The notes under the pieces were generated by a model that was not told the origin of the DNA, did not search any database, and was given only the letters and a program-made list of their open reading frames with translations. Source: Sphaerodactylus townsendi (lineage: Eukaryota). Taken from it: a stretch of 64,000 nucleotides of DNA. Positions 22,501-35,456 of this stretch are shown piece by piece; the first letter of the stretch is position 1; each line of letters opens with the position of its first letter. Where the stretch lies: positions 26,598,001-26,662,000 of the forward strand of contig NC_059439.1 in NCBI RefSeq assembly GCF_021028975.2, given 5' to 3'. Position numbers and translations under genes: made by a program.

Positions 22501-25500
22501 CGTGCGGAAGGGGCCTTTGAAACACTCACCTCGGTCTGCACGAGGTCCCACGCGTTGGTTAGGCCCAGGTTGCCATCTGTCTTGTACAGCTTCAGCCCTT
22601 CCTTCAGGTTAGCCTGCGCATAGCTGTCAAACTGAAGCAAAGACACAGATCAGACTAAGGGCAGGCCTGCAGGATCGGACCAGCGGCCTCTTGGAACCAG
22701 CAGCCTGTTTTCCCAATTGCCCCCAGAAGGCCTATAACAGTGATGGCGAACCTTTTTGAGACCGAGTGCCCAAACTGCAACCCAAAACCCACTTATTTAT
22801 CGCAAAGGGCCAACCCGGCAATTTAACCTGAATGCTGAGGTTTTAGTTTAGAAAAAATGGTTGGCTCAGAGGCATGCGTTACTCAGGAGCAAGCTTGGTG
22901 GTAGTTGTTGGCTTTGCTATGAAGCAACCATGCAACTCTTCGAACGGGTGAATCACGACCCTAGAAGGGTTTACTCAGAAGCAAGCCCCATTGCCAGCAG
23001 TAGCCGCGAAAGCTAAGCAGTTCCCAGGTAAAGGATCGTGCTTTAGTTCTTTGCATGAAAATCAGTGGGGTTTAACAGTGCTTAACAGGGTCTAGCCGCC
23101 GCATACTTGCTTCCCCAGTTATTCAGGTTTAATGCCCTAATAATGCAAGCCCAGCTGACCCATCGGCCAGCCTAGCCCCATGTGTGTGCTAATGGGCCAC
23201 AGGGTGATTCCCACCCCCACATGATGAACTCTGTTTGCGCATGCCCACAGAGAGGGCTCTGAGTGGCACCCGTGCCATAGGTTCGCCATCACTGGCCTAT
23301 AAGATGGGCATGGAGGCTGAGTTCTCCTCCTGTTATGGCCCCTGCCTGACAACTAGTATTTAGGGGTCACCTCCAAAGAGGCGTCTCCTTGAGTCACAAA
23401 GCCAGCGGTGGGATTCAAATGATTTAACAACTGGTTCCGGTGGTGGGATTCAAATAATTTAACAACTGTTTACAAGCACCATTTTAACAACCGGTTCTGC
23501 TGAAGTGGAGCGAACCGGCTGAATCCTACCACTACCATAGGTCCTTTTCACACATGCAGAATAATGCACATACAATCCACTTTCACAATTGTTTGCAAGT
23601 GGATTTTGCTTTTCCGCACAGTAAAATCCAGCAGCAGAGTGCTTTGAAAGTGGCTTGAAAGTGCATTATTCTGCATGTGCGGAAGGGGCCATAGTGCCAG
23701 TTTTGTTGATACGCCAAAAACCTTCCTCCTGATTACAAAAAGAGGGCTTCCTGGCGGAAGAAGAAAGGTGTTTTAGCTACAAGAAGGCACCGGCCATCCA
23801 GTAGAAAGGGAGCAAGCAGGATCCGGAACCATATAGCCGACAGACTGTGCAGTCCGAAGCGTTCGGAGAAGGACTAGGCCCACTTACTGTCCAGATGAAT
23901 GAAGTGAACTGGGTCAGTCGGGAAGGTATATATAGATAATATGCACACAGAGAAGACAAGGAAAACAAATTGTGAACAGAGGGGTTTGCAAAGCCACGAA
24001 AGACAAGGCATAGTTTGTAACATTTCTATGAAGACTTCAAAAATATTGAACTGACCCATAACGGGAGTATGAGTGACAGCAGAGAGGAACAAGTCTAATG
24101 GAAGCAGGTCTAATGGAAGCAGTTAAAATTGGGATAGAAAAGGCAACCCAGCAGGGTTTTTTGTAAAAAAGATTTGGAAGCCAAAAAAATCCTGGGTAAG
24201 ACTGGTGGTGAAGCAGGTGGGAACAGGGAGGAATCATAGAAACACAGAGTTGTACAGGTCTGCCAACCTCAAACTGCTTGCACAATGCAGGAAATTCGAA
24301 ACTATCCCTCCCCAACACCCACAGTGAACGCTTGCTCTGTGTCCAAAGAATGGTAAAAAAGAAGGTCCTTCCAACTCAGTTCTGACCTAGGGGGCTTTCC
24401 CCACTACAGAAGGGAGCTAAGGTCGACTCGGTTCCCTTCAGTGGAGGGCGATTCCAGGCTGTCCCCACAGCAACTGAGTTGGCCCCCTGGAACCGAGCTA
24501 AGTGGGCGGGATCATCTTGGTGCCTGTTTCGCTCCTCGATCGGGATTGGTGCTTGTGTTACAGCGGGAAACGGGAGTGTTCTCTTTTTTTTTTTTACAGA
24601 TTTTACAGTTTACATGCGCTTTCTGCTCCGCCACGCACTCTCCCGTTCTGCGCATACGCCACAAAAGCTGGCTTCCGTGTAGATTGGTTGAACGGATGAG
24701 GTGTCAAGCTTCGATGCTTCCCCACTTCGAAGCTTTGAAGTGGTATTGACCTTGTTCCAGCAGAAAAGCATAGTTCATAATCAGTGCGACAAAGCGATGT
24801 CGCGAAGTTCTGGGAGAACTGAAGGACAAAACAGTCAGTGTTGAGCTCGGTGGCAGTGGGGATTCACTGAGGCGAACCTAGGTAGAAACCAGTTCAACTC
24901 TGTCAGTGGGGAAAGCCCCCTAGTTCACTTTTTGGTTTAAAAATTTCTCCTCTCCCTCATCCTCTATTTCCATAAGCGTCAACCCTCCTTTGGAGGTTGC
25001 TATGCCAAAGGAAGATGAGCACGGAGCATGTTTGTTGGTTTAATGCGGATGGCCTGCAACCGTTCTGGACCAGAGAGCTATTTGGGGAGAAGAAGAGGGT
25101 GCTTACCTTGTCCCGGCAGGTGACAAACACCAACAACCCGACCAGTTCCAGGAGGAAGAGGGTGGAGAGAACCAGGAAGAACTGGAGAAAGATAGATGGA
25201 TCAGAAACCCAGACAGCAGGATAGAGGGTCATAAAGAAGGGTTGGCATAGACAGATGTTGCATTTCTCAACCAAATGTTCCTTTTTCTGCACACCTGCTC
25301 CATGCTTCATTGTATCTGAAAATTCACAAACATCGTCATGGAGGAAGACAGAACTTAAGTCTGAGAGAGCCAGCGTGGAGAACCGGGTTTGATTCCCCAG
25401 TCCTCCACCTGAGTGCAGAGGCTCATCTGGTGAACCAGATGTGTTTCTGCACTCCTACATTCCTACTGGGTGACCTTGGATTCACAGTTCTCTCAGGACT

Positions 25501-28272
25501 CTCTCAGCCCCACCTACCTCACAAGGTGTCATAAGAACATAAGAACATAAGAACAAGCCAGCTGGATCAGACCAGAGTCTATCTAGTCCAGCTCTCTGCT
25601 AGTCACAGTGGCCCACCAGGTGCCTTTTGGAGCTCACATGCAGGATGTGAAAGCAATGGCCTTCTGCGGCTGTTGCTCCCGAGCACCTGGTCTGTTAAGG
25701 CATTTGCAATCTCAAATCAAAGAGGATCAAGATTGGTAGCCATATAAATCGACTTCTCCTCCATAAATCTGTCCAAGCCCCTTTTAAAGCTGTCCAGGTT
25801 AGTGGCCATCACCACCTCCTGTGGCAGCATATTCCAAACACCAATCACACGCTATGCTGAAGAAGTGTTTCCTATTAGTCCTAATTCTTCCCCCCAGCAT
25901 TTTCAATGTGTGCCCCCTGGTTCTAGTATTGTGAGAAAGAGAGAAAAATTTCTCTCTGTCAACATTTTCTACTCCATGCATAATTGTATAGACTTCAATC
26001 ATATCCCCCCTCAGCCGTCTCCTCTCCAAACTAAAGAGTCCCAAACGCTGCAGCCTCTCCTCATAGGGAAGGTGCTCCAGTGTCTGTTGTGGGAAGAGGA
26101 AGGGAAAGGAGCTTGTAGGCCACCGTGAGTCTCCTTACAGGAGAGAAAGGTGGGATACAAATCCAAACTCTTCTTTTTATCTTGACTGTCCCGGTGTCCT
26201 GTGCCAAATAGGACAATTTCCCTTTCTGAGGCTCAACCTATACAACCCACAGCACCGTGAACCCCAGAGAGGAGGTGGGTGGCAGAGAGGCATCAGTACT
26301 GCAAACGGTAGGTCACTCTAACAAGCAAACCAAGCCACAACGCACCAGGCAAGTAATTTAAAAACATAGGTGTTCCAAAGGAGCATTTAATTCTCTGCCT
26401 CTTTCAAATGTCACATTAACACAAAACACACATCTTCATTCCACCCATGTTCTCAGACAGTTGCTTCTGGGAACCATACTAATGGCTGTGCTTATTTTGC
26501 CCTCCGTCCATGCTTAGAAACACTCTTTTTATCGCTATGCTTTTTGCAACGGCTTCAGATTTTGCTCGGAGCATCCAGGGACCCCTCTGGCATGTTTGGA
26601 TCCAGTTCCTGGTGACAGACCCCCTTTCACATTCCAGCTGGGGGAGGGGGAAGTAAGGCTGCCATGACCCCCCCCCACACACACACACACTGGGCCTGGA
26701 TCCAGTTCAGCGAAGAGCCTGTCTTCCCAAGGAACATTTTGTATTGAGCTGGGTGATTCATGCTAGCTTCTACGAGAGGCAGGATCAAAATATTAATAGA
26801 TACATAAATAAAATAAAGACCCCATCAGATCCTCTGCCATTGTTCTGTAGCCCATCGGAATTCCTCTCTATCTCTCTGAGGTCCAGGGGAGAGACTCTTC
26901 CTACCGTTAGAAGCAGGCAGCGGTTTTCCGTGACAGCCCCCAAGCATCCAAGGAAGCCCACCACCATGATGATCGCTCCGGTGGCCATGAACAGCCCTGC
27001 TGCCGACAGCGACGGGAAGGAGAAAGACAGGGTGGCAAATCGGCCCTGAGTGACGGCCAGCCAGACTCCCACGCCGAGCACCCCACAACCACCTAGCTGG
27101 GGGAGAACAGAAAACAAGGCAAATTCTTCAGCATCCGTTTCTGGACCTCCCTTTCATGCCAATGGTAATGCAAAAGGGACTTGTGAATTTTTCTCCTCAA
27201 CGCCAAACTGACCTCTCACTTGCCTCACAGAATGCTTGACAACATTCTATGGCTGATACCTCCCCCCACCCCCACTAATGCAGTTACAATGAGCCCCTCA
27301 GGGGAGGGCGGTATATAAGTGGAATGAATGAATGAATGAATGAATGAATGAATGAATGAATGAATGAATGAATGAATGAATGAATGAATGAATGTCCATG
27401 AACATCCCCTGAGATGACAGCAGTTCGGCCAATAGGAAGGAGCGAGTGATGTCACAGGCAAGACCTCATTACACCAATGATTTCAGACCTTACACACCAA
27501 TACCGAGTTTCCCCAAATATAAGACAGTGTCTTATATTAATTTTTGCTCCCAAAGATGCGCTATGTCTTATTTTCAGGGGATGTCTTATTTTTCTGTGTT
27601 CTGTTCGTCGGGCATGCTTCCAAACAAAAACTTTGCTACGTCTTACTTTTGGGGGATGCCTTATATTTCGCACTTCAGCAAAACCTCTACTACGTCTTAT
27701 TTTCTGGGGATGTCTTATATTCGGGGAAACAGGGTAGTTGTGTTTTAATGTGTGAATACACACCTTACCTTCTTTAAACTGTCAAACTCAGACCCCTTCC
27801 GCACATGCAGAATAATGCACTTTCAATCCACTTTCAAGGCACTTTGCAGCTGTGCGGAATAGCAAAATCCACTTGCAAACAATTGTGAAAATGGATTGAA
27901 AGTGCATTATTCTGCATGTGCGGAAGGGGTCTCAGAGTTTTGGTTGCCTGGGCATAAGGTTTGATCCAAACATTGTTTGTGGTAAATCTTACTCCATTTT
28001 CCTCCTCACTACACACCACAACACACGCGGGTTTTTGTTATTTGAGGTCCTGTCATACCCATCACAGTCTTTGTGGCTGGTCAGAAGGGACCCTTTCTCC
28101 TGTTTTCATCTCCGGAACACCTGTCTGGATCCAACTCTTAGCAATTTTGAGTGTCTTTCTAGGTTTCATACCCTTCTAGGGAGAAAGCCTCACGGGAACT
28201 CACCCAGAAGATAAGGTTGAAGACGAACATCTTCACCTTAACGCACAGCAAACAGCCGCGACTGACCCCCAT
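19540..28272 (-). CDS. Tetraspanin of the TSPAN4/TSPAN9/CD53 group (tetraspanin-4-like), complete, 241 aa
   Basis: Exons 28204-28272 (MGVSRGCLLCVKVKMFVFNLIFW), 26905-27096, 25107-25181, 22530-22631, 21996-22130 (FRCCGVQNYTDW...VPESCC), 20835-20918, 19540-19608 (VLGIVFSMLMYCQVRRAEKYYD*). All phase 0, GT-AG. Four TM segments, CCG motif and six EC2 cysteines. Symbol withheld because orthology to TSPAN4 is doubtful. Confidence 0.93.
19773..20000. mobile_element. Penelope-like inverted terminal fragment with degenerate hammerhead motifs
   Basis: Inverted repeat; TCCT-CTGAAGA-TGCC...GGC-GAAACGCC-AGGA at 19905-19947. Confidence 0.72.
20001..20278 (-). mobile_element. Sauria-type SINE
   Basis: GGTACTCATTTACCGACC...GGCTGAGTTGACC core and tRNA-like head on the - strand. 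Confidence 0.65.
21248..21612. mobile_element. Non-autonomous hAT element (CAG(A/T)GGTGGGAT termini) inserted in an old SINE
   Basis: Perfect TSD AGTGTTAG; same family as 29811-30205 in opposite orientation. Confidence 0.85.
22364..22515. mobile_element. PIF/Harbinger-like palindromic MITE
   Basis: TIR GGCCCCTTCCGCAC, 3-bp flanking duplication TTT. Confidence 0.75.
22738..23294. mobile_element. Non-autonomous hAT element
   Basis: TIRs plus perfect TSD GCCTATAA. Confidence 0.88.
23540..23690. mobile_element. PIF/Harbinger-like MITE
   Basis: Same TIR family, TSD ATA. Confidence 0.75.
24390..24920. mobile_element. MITE with 16-bp TIR GGGGGCTTTCCCCACT
   Basis: Perfect TIRs flanked by TA; superfamily uncertain. 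Confidence 0.7.
25364..26176 (+). mobile_element. Squam3-like SINE split by a CR1 insertion
   Basis: SINE 5' part ends at 25530 and resumes at ~26080. Confidence 0.8.
25531..26080 (-). mobile_element. CR1 LINE 3' fragment nested in a SINE
   Basis: (ATAAGAAC)n tail; near-identical to 16300-16840. Confidence 0.88.
27322..27394. repeat. (GAAT)n microsatellite, ~18 units
   Basis: Perfect tetranucleotide run. Confidence 0.95.
27503..27734. mobile_element. Tc1/mariner-pogo type MITE
   Basis: TIR CCGAGTTTCCCCAAATATAAGAC / GTCTTATATTCGGGGAAACAGGG, TA flanks. Confidence 0.75.
27791..27931. mobile_element. PIF/Harbinger-like MITE
   Basis: Long TIRs, TSD TCA. Confidence 0.78.
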
Positions 28273-29059
28273 CTTGGATGAATCTAGGAAAAAAAGGAAA
28301 GAATTCTACATTGGTTCTGGATTTTTTTCCCCACATATTCTAGAGCAAACTTTGATCTGTTACTTTATAATGGGACAGCCAGTCCTGACCTTGGAAGGAC
28401 TAATTTGCATATATTTGCAAGTCTGATTCCACCCCCTGCCCACTGTTCAAGCGTCATATTTTTAAGTGTATGCTTTAAAGGTCTGAGGTCTGGTTTTCAC
28501 ACACAGCAGAATGAAATCACCACCAAGAAGCTAAGCCCTGAGCTAATACAGTGGAATGAACCACATCTGTCTGCAGGAGGGGGATTCCACCTTTGAATGT
28601 TTGTTACCATTACAAAATAATCTTCCGCAGTTGGAAGCCAGCACAGCCAGGAGAAAGGGTCTTCCCCTCTCTTGGCTTGTGATGGAGATTTTCCTATTTG
28701 CAGGGAGCTTTAATGGAGGGAGCATTTCAAAACGTACTCCCCGCCAAGGTCTGAAGTGGTACAGTCCGTTCCATCACTTCACCACCCTTTACCACCTGAT
28801 GTGCAAACCAGAGCTTTCAAAAAACTGAAACCTTTAGTCTGTTTGTGATTGGGTCGGATCCAGACAGTGGGGTGGGGGAGGAAAGAGCGGGGGTTCCTTT
28901 TGACTGGCCAAAAGGCTATGCTGGGAATCATGGGACTTGCATTAACAAAAAGACATGCGTGGCAGGTAGGAATGCCAGCCTCCAGGTAGCACCTGGGGAT
29001 CCTCTGCCATTACAGCTCATCTCCAATCTACAGAGATCAGTGCCCCTGGTTTGAAAGGT

Positions 29060-30430
29060 AGAATCATAAAGTTGGAAGAGATCCCAAGGGTCATCAAGTC
29101 CAACCCCCTGCAATGCAGGAACACACAGTCTAAGCCAGTGATGGCGAACCTTTTCGAGGCCGAGTGCCCAAATTGCAACCCAAAACCCACTTATTTATCG
29201 CAAAGTGCCAACACGGCAATTTAACCTGAATACTGAGGTTTTAGTTTAGAAAAAACGGTTGGCTCCAAGGTGCCCGTTACTCGGGAGTAAGCTTGGTGGT
29301 CGTTGGTGGATTTGCTTTGAAGCAACTGTGCAATGCTTTGAATGGGTGAATGACAACCCTAGGAGGGTTTAAAAGCAAGCCCCATTGCCAGCAATGGGGC
29401 TTACTCCCTGGCTTACTCCCAGGTAAAGGATTGCGCGTTAGTTCTTCCCATGAAAATCAGTGGGGTTTAACAGCACTTAACAGGGTCACCTACACGTCGT
29501 GCCCAGCGGCCCAGGCCAGCCTAGATGTGTGTGTCTGGGGGGGGGCAATTTTCTGCCCCCCACATGATGAACTTTGTGCGCGCGTGCCCACAGAGAAGGC
29601 TCTGAGTGACACCTCTGGCACCCATGCCATAGGTTCGCCACCACTGTTCTAAGCACTCCTGACAGATGGCCATCCAGCCTCTCTTTAAAAATCTCCAAAG
29701 AAGGAGACTCCACCACACTCCAAGGTCGTGCATCCCACTGTCCAACAGCCCTGTCTGTCAGGAAGTTTTTCCTGATGTTTAAGTGGAATCTCTTTTCCTT
29801 CACTTTGAACCAGTGGTGGGATTCAAAAATTTTAGTAACAGGTTCCCATGGTGGTGGGATTCAAACTGTGGCGTAGCGCCAATGGGGCATGGTGGGGCAC
29901 GATGGGGGTGTGGCTGGGCATTCTGGGGGCGGGGCATTCCTGGCCAGGGCTGTGGCAAGGACGCAGCCGCTAGCATACCGTCGCAGGCGAGGGAAACAAA
30001 TGCACGCAGGCGCAGGCTGCCACGCACGCCGGTGCACCTCCTGCTAGACTGCCTCAAGTTCTGCGCGCTACTGCTGAGAGGAGGGGCGTCACTAAGGCAA
30101 AAATCCCGTGGCAAAATCACCCATTAGTAACCCCCTCTCGGCACACACAAATAATTAGTAACCTACTCTCGGGAACCTGTGAGAACCTGCTGGATCCCAC
30201 CTCTGCCTTGAACCCATTACTCCTGGTCCTAGTCTCTAGAGCTGCAGAAAACAAGCTTGCTCCCTCACCAACATGACAACCCTTCAAATATCTAAACATG
30301 GCTATCATGTCACCTCTTAACCAAGCTAAACAACCCCAGCTCTCTAAGTCTCTCCTCGTAGGGTACGGATTCCAGACGTTTTACCATTTTGGTTGCCCTC
30401 CTCTGGACCCATTCCAACATGTCAATATCC
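29060..30430 (-). mobile_element. CR1 3' fragment containing two nested hAT elements (29136-29646, 29811-30205)
   Basis: CR1 sequence rejoins across both insertions; TSDs (G/T)TCTAAGC and C(T/C)TTGAAC. Confidence 0.85.
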
Positions 30431-30610
30431 CTTTCATCACCAGATATCCAGGAGTTTCCCAACCTGGATCCAGCAACCTGGATTTGGATCTAGCAACCCC
30501 ACGGCCATTTAAGCCGGGCCTCAATCTTTGATGGAGGATCTAGAAACAAAGTACGTTTGTGTATATATATAATTTATGTGCAAATTTTCACCAATTTAAT
30601 CAACAGTGTA

Positions 30611-30900
30611 GCAGTGGCGTAGGAGGTTCAGAGCTCGTGTATCTAATCTGGAGGAACCGGGTTTGATTCCCAGCTCTGCCGCCTGAGCTGTGGAGGCTTA
30701 TCTGGGGAATTCAGATTAGCCTGTGCACTCCCACACACGCCAGCTGGGTGACCTTGGGCTAGTCACAGCTTCTCGGAGCTCTCTCAGCCCCACCCACCTC
30801 ACAGGGTGTTTGTTGTGAGGAGGGAAGGGCAAGGAGATTGTAAACCCCTTTGAGTCTCCTACAGGAGAGAAAGGGGGAATATAAATCCAAACAAAAAAGA
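30611..30900 (+). mobile_element. Squam3-like SINE
   Basis: Family consensus; another copy at ~31320-31585. Confidence 0.85.
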
Positions 30901-32625
30901 AATGGACAAAAACTTCTTGGAGGACCACTGTAGGAATTGGATATTTATGGCTCACTTCAGACTGGCCCTAAATGTCTGTTCAAGCCCAAGGGAATGTTTT
31001 ATTAGGAGCTGCAGAATCCAAAGAAAGAGCTCCCATTTGGATGTGTGACCTCCAAGTAATATCAGGATTGTGATGGGAGGCAGGTAATGGCAAACCATCT
31101 CTGAAGTCTCGTGCCTTGAAAACCCCACCAGGGGACGTCATAAATCAAATACGACTTGACGGGCAAAAAAAAGGTGCTATTCCACCCACACACAACAGAG
31201 AAAAGTTATACTCTGCAGTTCCCTGCCAAGTTGGGGGGCTGCCTCTTTTAATTTCCCTGCTGTCAAATTGGGAGCGGTCTATTATTATCATTCTCTCCCA
31301 CCTGTGTGAAAAGATGCTCCTTCTAATCTGGAGAAACGGGTTCGATTCCCCCCTCCTCCACATGAGTGGCAGACTCTTTATCTGGTGAACTGGATTTGTT
31401 TCCCTGCTCCTGCACGTGAAGCCTGCTGGGCGACCTTGGGCCAATCACAGTTCTCTCGGAATTCTCCCAGCCCCACCTACCTCACAAAGTGTCTGTTGTG
31501 GGGACAGGAAGGGAAGGAGTTTGTAAATTGGTTTGAGTCTCTTTACAGGAGAGAAGCGGGGGTATAAATCGAAACTCTTCTTCTCCACGAATGGGGCTGT
31601 TTTAGGGCTAAAGGATATGTTGTGTAGGATGATCCACGACCAGATTGAATGTTTAAAAACTATTCCTAATTTTGGGAAGGAAATTGAGCCCCTTCTCTAT
31701 CACTTTTCTGACAGAAAACACTCCTCCCCTCTAGATGGTGCTAGCCTCTGAAAGGAAAAAAATATATGCACCACAGTGGCTCTATATATAGGTAAGATCA
31801 CTTACTCTTAACATTTTAACTGGGGGGGGGGGAGCCCAGACTGCAAACCCATTACCAAGCTGTGGTCTATTTATGTCTCTTCAGAAAGAAAATGCACATT
31901 TTTCTTTCGTGACTCAAGAGAATGGGTGGGATGTCGGGGCATCACTTCTCTGCACTGGGCTGAGAAAGATGATTCTTGGGTGACCCATATTTCCCCCCCA
32001 TACGTGGGGAGGGAACTGAAAAAAATGCCTGTCCTCACACCTTTGAAAAGCCCCAGCATTTGGGACTATGTGAAAGGCGAGGGCCAAGTTTCACGGCGTC
32101 CCTCCCCATTCCGAGCACCGAATTGGCAGCCCCCCCATTCTTGACATCTTGCCCCCCCCATTCCAGATGTGGAGGCGAAGAGGGCATCACCATCCCTTGG
32201 CCACAGGGAGAAAGAAAACACAATCCAGATTCCATCTATATCCCTGCCCCGGTTTTAGAGGAATTCATTGGGGGCGGGGGGGGGCATTTTCCGCATCTCA
32301 GTTGTTCTGGGAGGGTCCCATATTTTTTACTACATGCAGCCCTAAATCTGTTTCTTTTGTTTCTCTTCTAACAAAGGAAAAGAAGGAAAGCGAGAGACGT
32401 AAACTTGTCAAGCATGCACATCTAAGGCTTGGGAGGAGGGGGGAATCCATAGCCCCCCCTCCCCAACATTCCCCAGAGCCATAAATCAGAAGACCCCTCC
32501 CCATGAGTGGAGGTCTCCTGTTTCTTTCTCTGCCCATGATCTGCTGGTCCTGCGGATCTGCCTCTGCCCACCCCCCCACCCCTTATCCCACCCCCAACCC
32601 CCAGTTTCCCTGTTGCTTCTCTCAC

Positions 32626-34200
32626 CTTAGCCTTGGGGCAGGAAGGTTTGGGGAGGAGGCTCGGATTGGGGGGCTGGAAGACCCCTCCCCGCGGCCACCT
32701 GGAGCGCAGACCGCGGAGCCTTCTCTGCTGGGATGTAGGATGGAAGGGAGGGGAAGCAAATTCCAGGCACGGGACAGGGGGAAGGAAATGGGTGGGAAGA
32801 AAGCGGGGCAGGATGGGGGGGGGCGTGTTGGAGGAGCCGGGGAGGAGCCCAAGGGGCTCTGCAAGGGGAGCGGGGTTGGGAGGGCAGGGACGGGGGGGGG
32901 GCTTCTAGGCGGGGTTGGCCCCCTTTTGCCTGGCTTTTAAACGCTTCTCTGCAAAGCCCCCCCCCCCTCCCCAACTCAGCATCACCGGGTGAACATCAGC
33001 CCAGGTGTGTGACGTCATTGTGTTAGCCGCGTTCTGCGGGACTCGGAAGCGGGGATGCTTGTTGCTAGACATTCGCTGGCATTCCCGCATTTCTCGGGAA
33101 CTGGGCGCGACGCAAGGAAATCCGATGACTTTCCCAGCATTTCTCCTCCTTTTTTTTCAAAAAAAAGGAAATTGTATCAGCCCTTGTGGGATCTGGGCTG
33201 CTTGCGGGATGGAGAAGGGAGTGGGGTGTGTTTTTCACGGCTCGGATAAGCCGCTGCAGGTCGAGAGGAGAGGAGGGACACGCCCGCCCTTATCCTCTTT
33301 ACAACAACCCTGTAAGGACGGCCAGCGTTCCGATTGTCATTCCCCCCCACCTTGCGAACAAGCCAGAGCGAGCGTGAGAAAACTGTACAATTCGAGACAG
33401 AAAAGCAAACAGGGGAAGAAGACAAGAAAATAAAAAAACTTGGACGCAGGCTCGGAGATTGCCTGCCAAAAATGGAAGATTGATGTTATTTTTAGCGAAG
33501 GGGCGGGGTTTTGGACTCCCTTCGGGAGGGGCGGGGCGACTCGGCGGCGACTCCGCCTCCTTCGGCTGGTCTTTTGCTCTTTAGCTCCCTCTAGCGAGCA
33601 GAGCGAGACGCGGCACAAACAAGTCCCGGGCCACGCTGCTGCGCCAGCTTTGCAAGAGGGAGCGAGCCGAGCCGGAAGAGGGTCCCCAAAAGAAGGTCTG
33701 CCGGGCAAAGGTGGGCGAGATCTGCCTGGTCAAGGGGAGGGTTGCAGCCTGGAAGGGGAGAAGCGTCGATCTGGGGAGGAAAGGGGGCCGAGTTAAGGAG
33801 GACTAGGGGGCGAAGAGCAAGGAAGGGCTGGGGAGAGAACTGTTGAGACCTGAAAGCAAAAGTTGGATCCGCTCGGGGAGAAAAATTGGGGTGCGGTTTC
33901 CGGCTTTGCGAGCGAGATGCAGAAATCCAACAGGTGAAGCGCCCAAATGGGGGTCGCGGAAGGAAGCTGCATCTGTTGGGGTTCAGCCTGCGGCGCGCAT
34001 CTTGCAAAGACCTTTACGTTTAAAGCTGCCCCACGTGGCTGTGACAAATCGCGGGTTGCAAACTCTGGAACCGAATACAGGCCATACACGGAGTTGACAC
34101 CTTTACAGGTAACAAGGCATTACGGTGTCCACCCAACTCCGCCTCCCCGCTTTGGCTTCTCCTTACATAAGGCTGCTGTCTTGGATCTGGGGCTGGATAA
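32626..34200. promoter_or_regulatory. CpG island / bidirectional promoter for the tetraspanin and POLR2L, with candidate non-coding first exons
   Basis: High CpG density, full CRE TGACGTCA at 33010-33017, GC boxes near 33500-33540. Candidate donors AAG|gtgaga at 32626 (-) and CAG|gtaaca at 34108 (+). Both first coding exons are preceded by splice acceptors. Confidence 0.65.
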
Positions 34201-34823
34201 GGAGGACGGAGCCCCAAAGAAGGTGGGTTGGTTATTGCGTGAGGAATAACTCAGGGCTGGAGGAATAAAAACGAGAAAAGCTGAGTCATTCCCCTTGGCA
34301 TATGTTCAATAATTTATCCCCTGTTTTTGCCCAGTTCCAGGCGGTACACAACCAGTTTAGCAGCCGCGTCGTCCCCATTAGCTCATGATATTCCAACAAC
34401 TCTTACAATGCAGTCCTGTGGAGAGTTACTCCAGTCTAAGCCAATTGAAACGAATGGGCTCAGACAGGAGTAACTAACTGTCTTTAGGACTGCATTGTTA
34501 ACGACACCCAAAGATGTCAACATTTCCGCTTCAATCCACTGGACTTGCGAATCTGTGGGACGTTTAAATAATGATATTTTCATGTCGACTGTTTTGATGG
34601 GTGCAGATAATTATTTATTGTGTTTGAATTGTGTTGTAAGGCGCCCCAGGCCCGGAAGGGGAGGGCCGGCCTATTAAATTGAATAAATAATAATAATAAC
34701 ATGCAGCCTGGAACGACTTGAAGAAGAGACTTTCCTGCGTTATGGGCAACTTATTATTTATTATTTATCACTTATTATTTATTATTCATCTAGTACGAGG
34801 GCTTTCATGGTCAGTCCCTATAT

Positions 34824-35156
34824 CAGTGTTTCCCAACCTTTTCGAGGTCAGGGTACCCTTGACCTCACTCTTCATATCTCACGGTACCCCTGCCGCCACC
34901 CCCACCTTCCCCTCCCATTGCCCCTGCTTGCCACACCCCCCACCTTCCCCTCCCAGGGTGAAGGGAAGCACTGGGGGGGGGGGGTGGCGGCTGCTGACCT
35001 TGCGGCAGGCCCTGCCCCATGGGCCAGCTCCATGTCCTTGCTGGCACCAGTGGGAGACACCACAAAAATGAGGGGGGGCGGTAGTGTTGCCGTGGTACCC
35101 CTGGGACATGCTCACGGCACCCCAGGGTATCATGGAACCCTGGTTGAGAATGGCTG
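34824..35156. mobile_element. Non-autonomous hAT element (CAGTGTTTCCCAACC family)
   Basis: Perfect TSD CCCTATAT. Confidence 0.85.
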
Positions 35157-35456
35157 CCCTATATATTTATTTATGGGGGAAAGGGGGCTGAACCTGAGCT
35201 GGAAACATCTGGCCTGAAATTGTGTTGGGGAGGCAAGATTTGAACCCGCCACTCACCGGCCTGACTACTGTGCTGGATCTCTTCTCGCTGATCTTGGCTG
35301 AGGCCTGGTTTAAACAGGCCGCCAGTGGGGAATGACAACGCTTAGCTGTCCAATTGGATGCCGGCCCAGGGGCTCAGTTAAATGTAGCTGGTGTGTCCAG
35401 GTGTCAACTCATGTGAACTGGGTCCAGGCAAAATCATGCAAGGAAGTGTTACCTGA

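Noticed and set aside
19540-28272. Assigning the symbol TSPAN4 or TSPAN9
   Set aside because: Divergence from both and a PRMT1-linked location make orthology uncertain without a tree.
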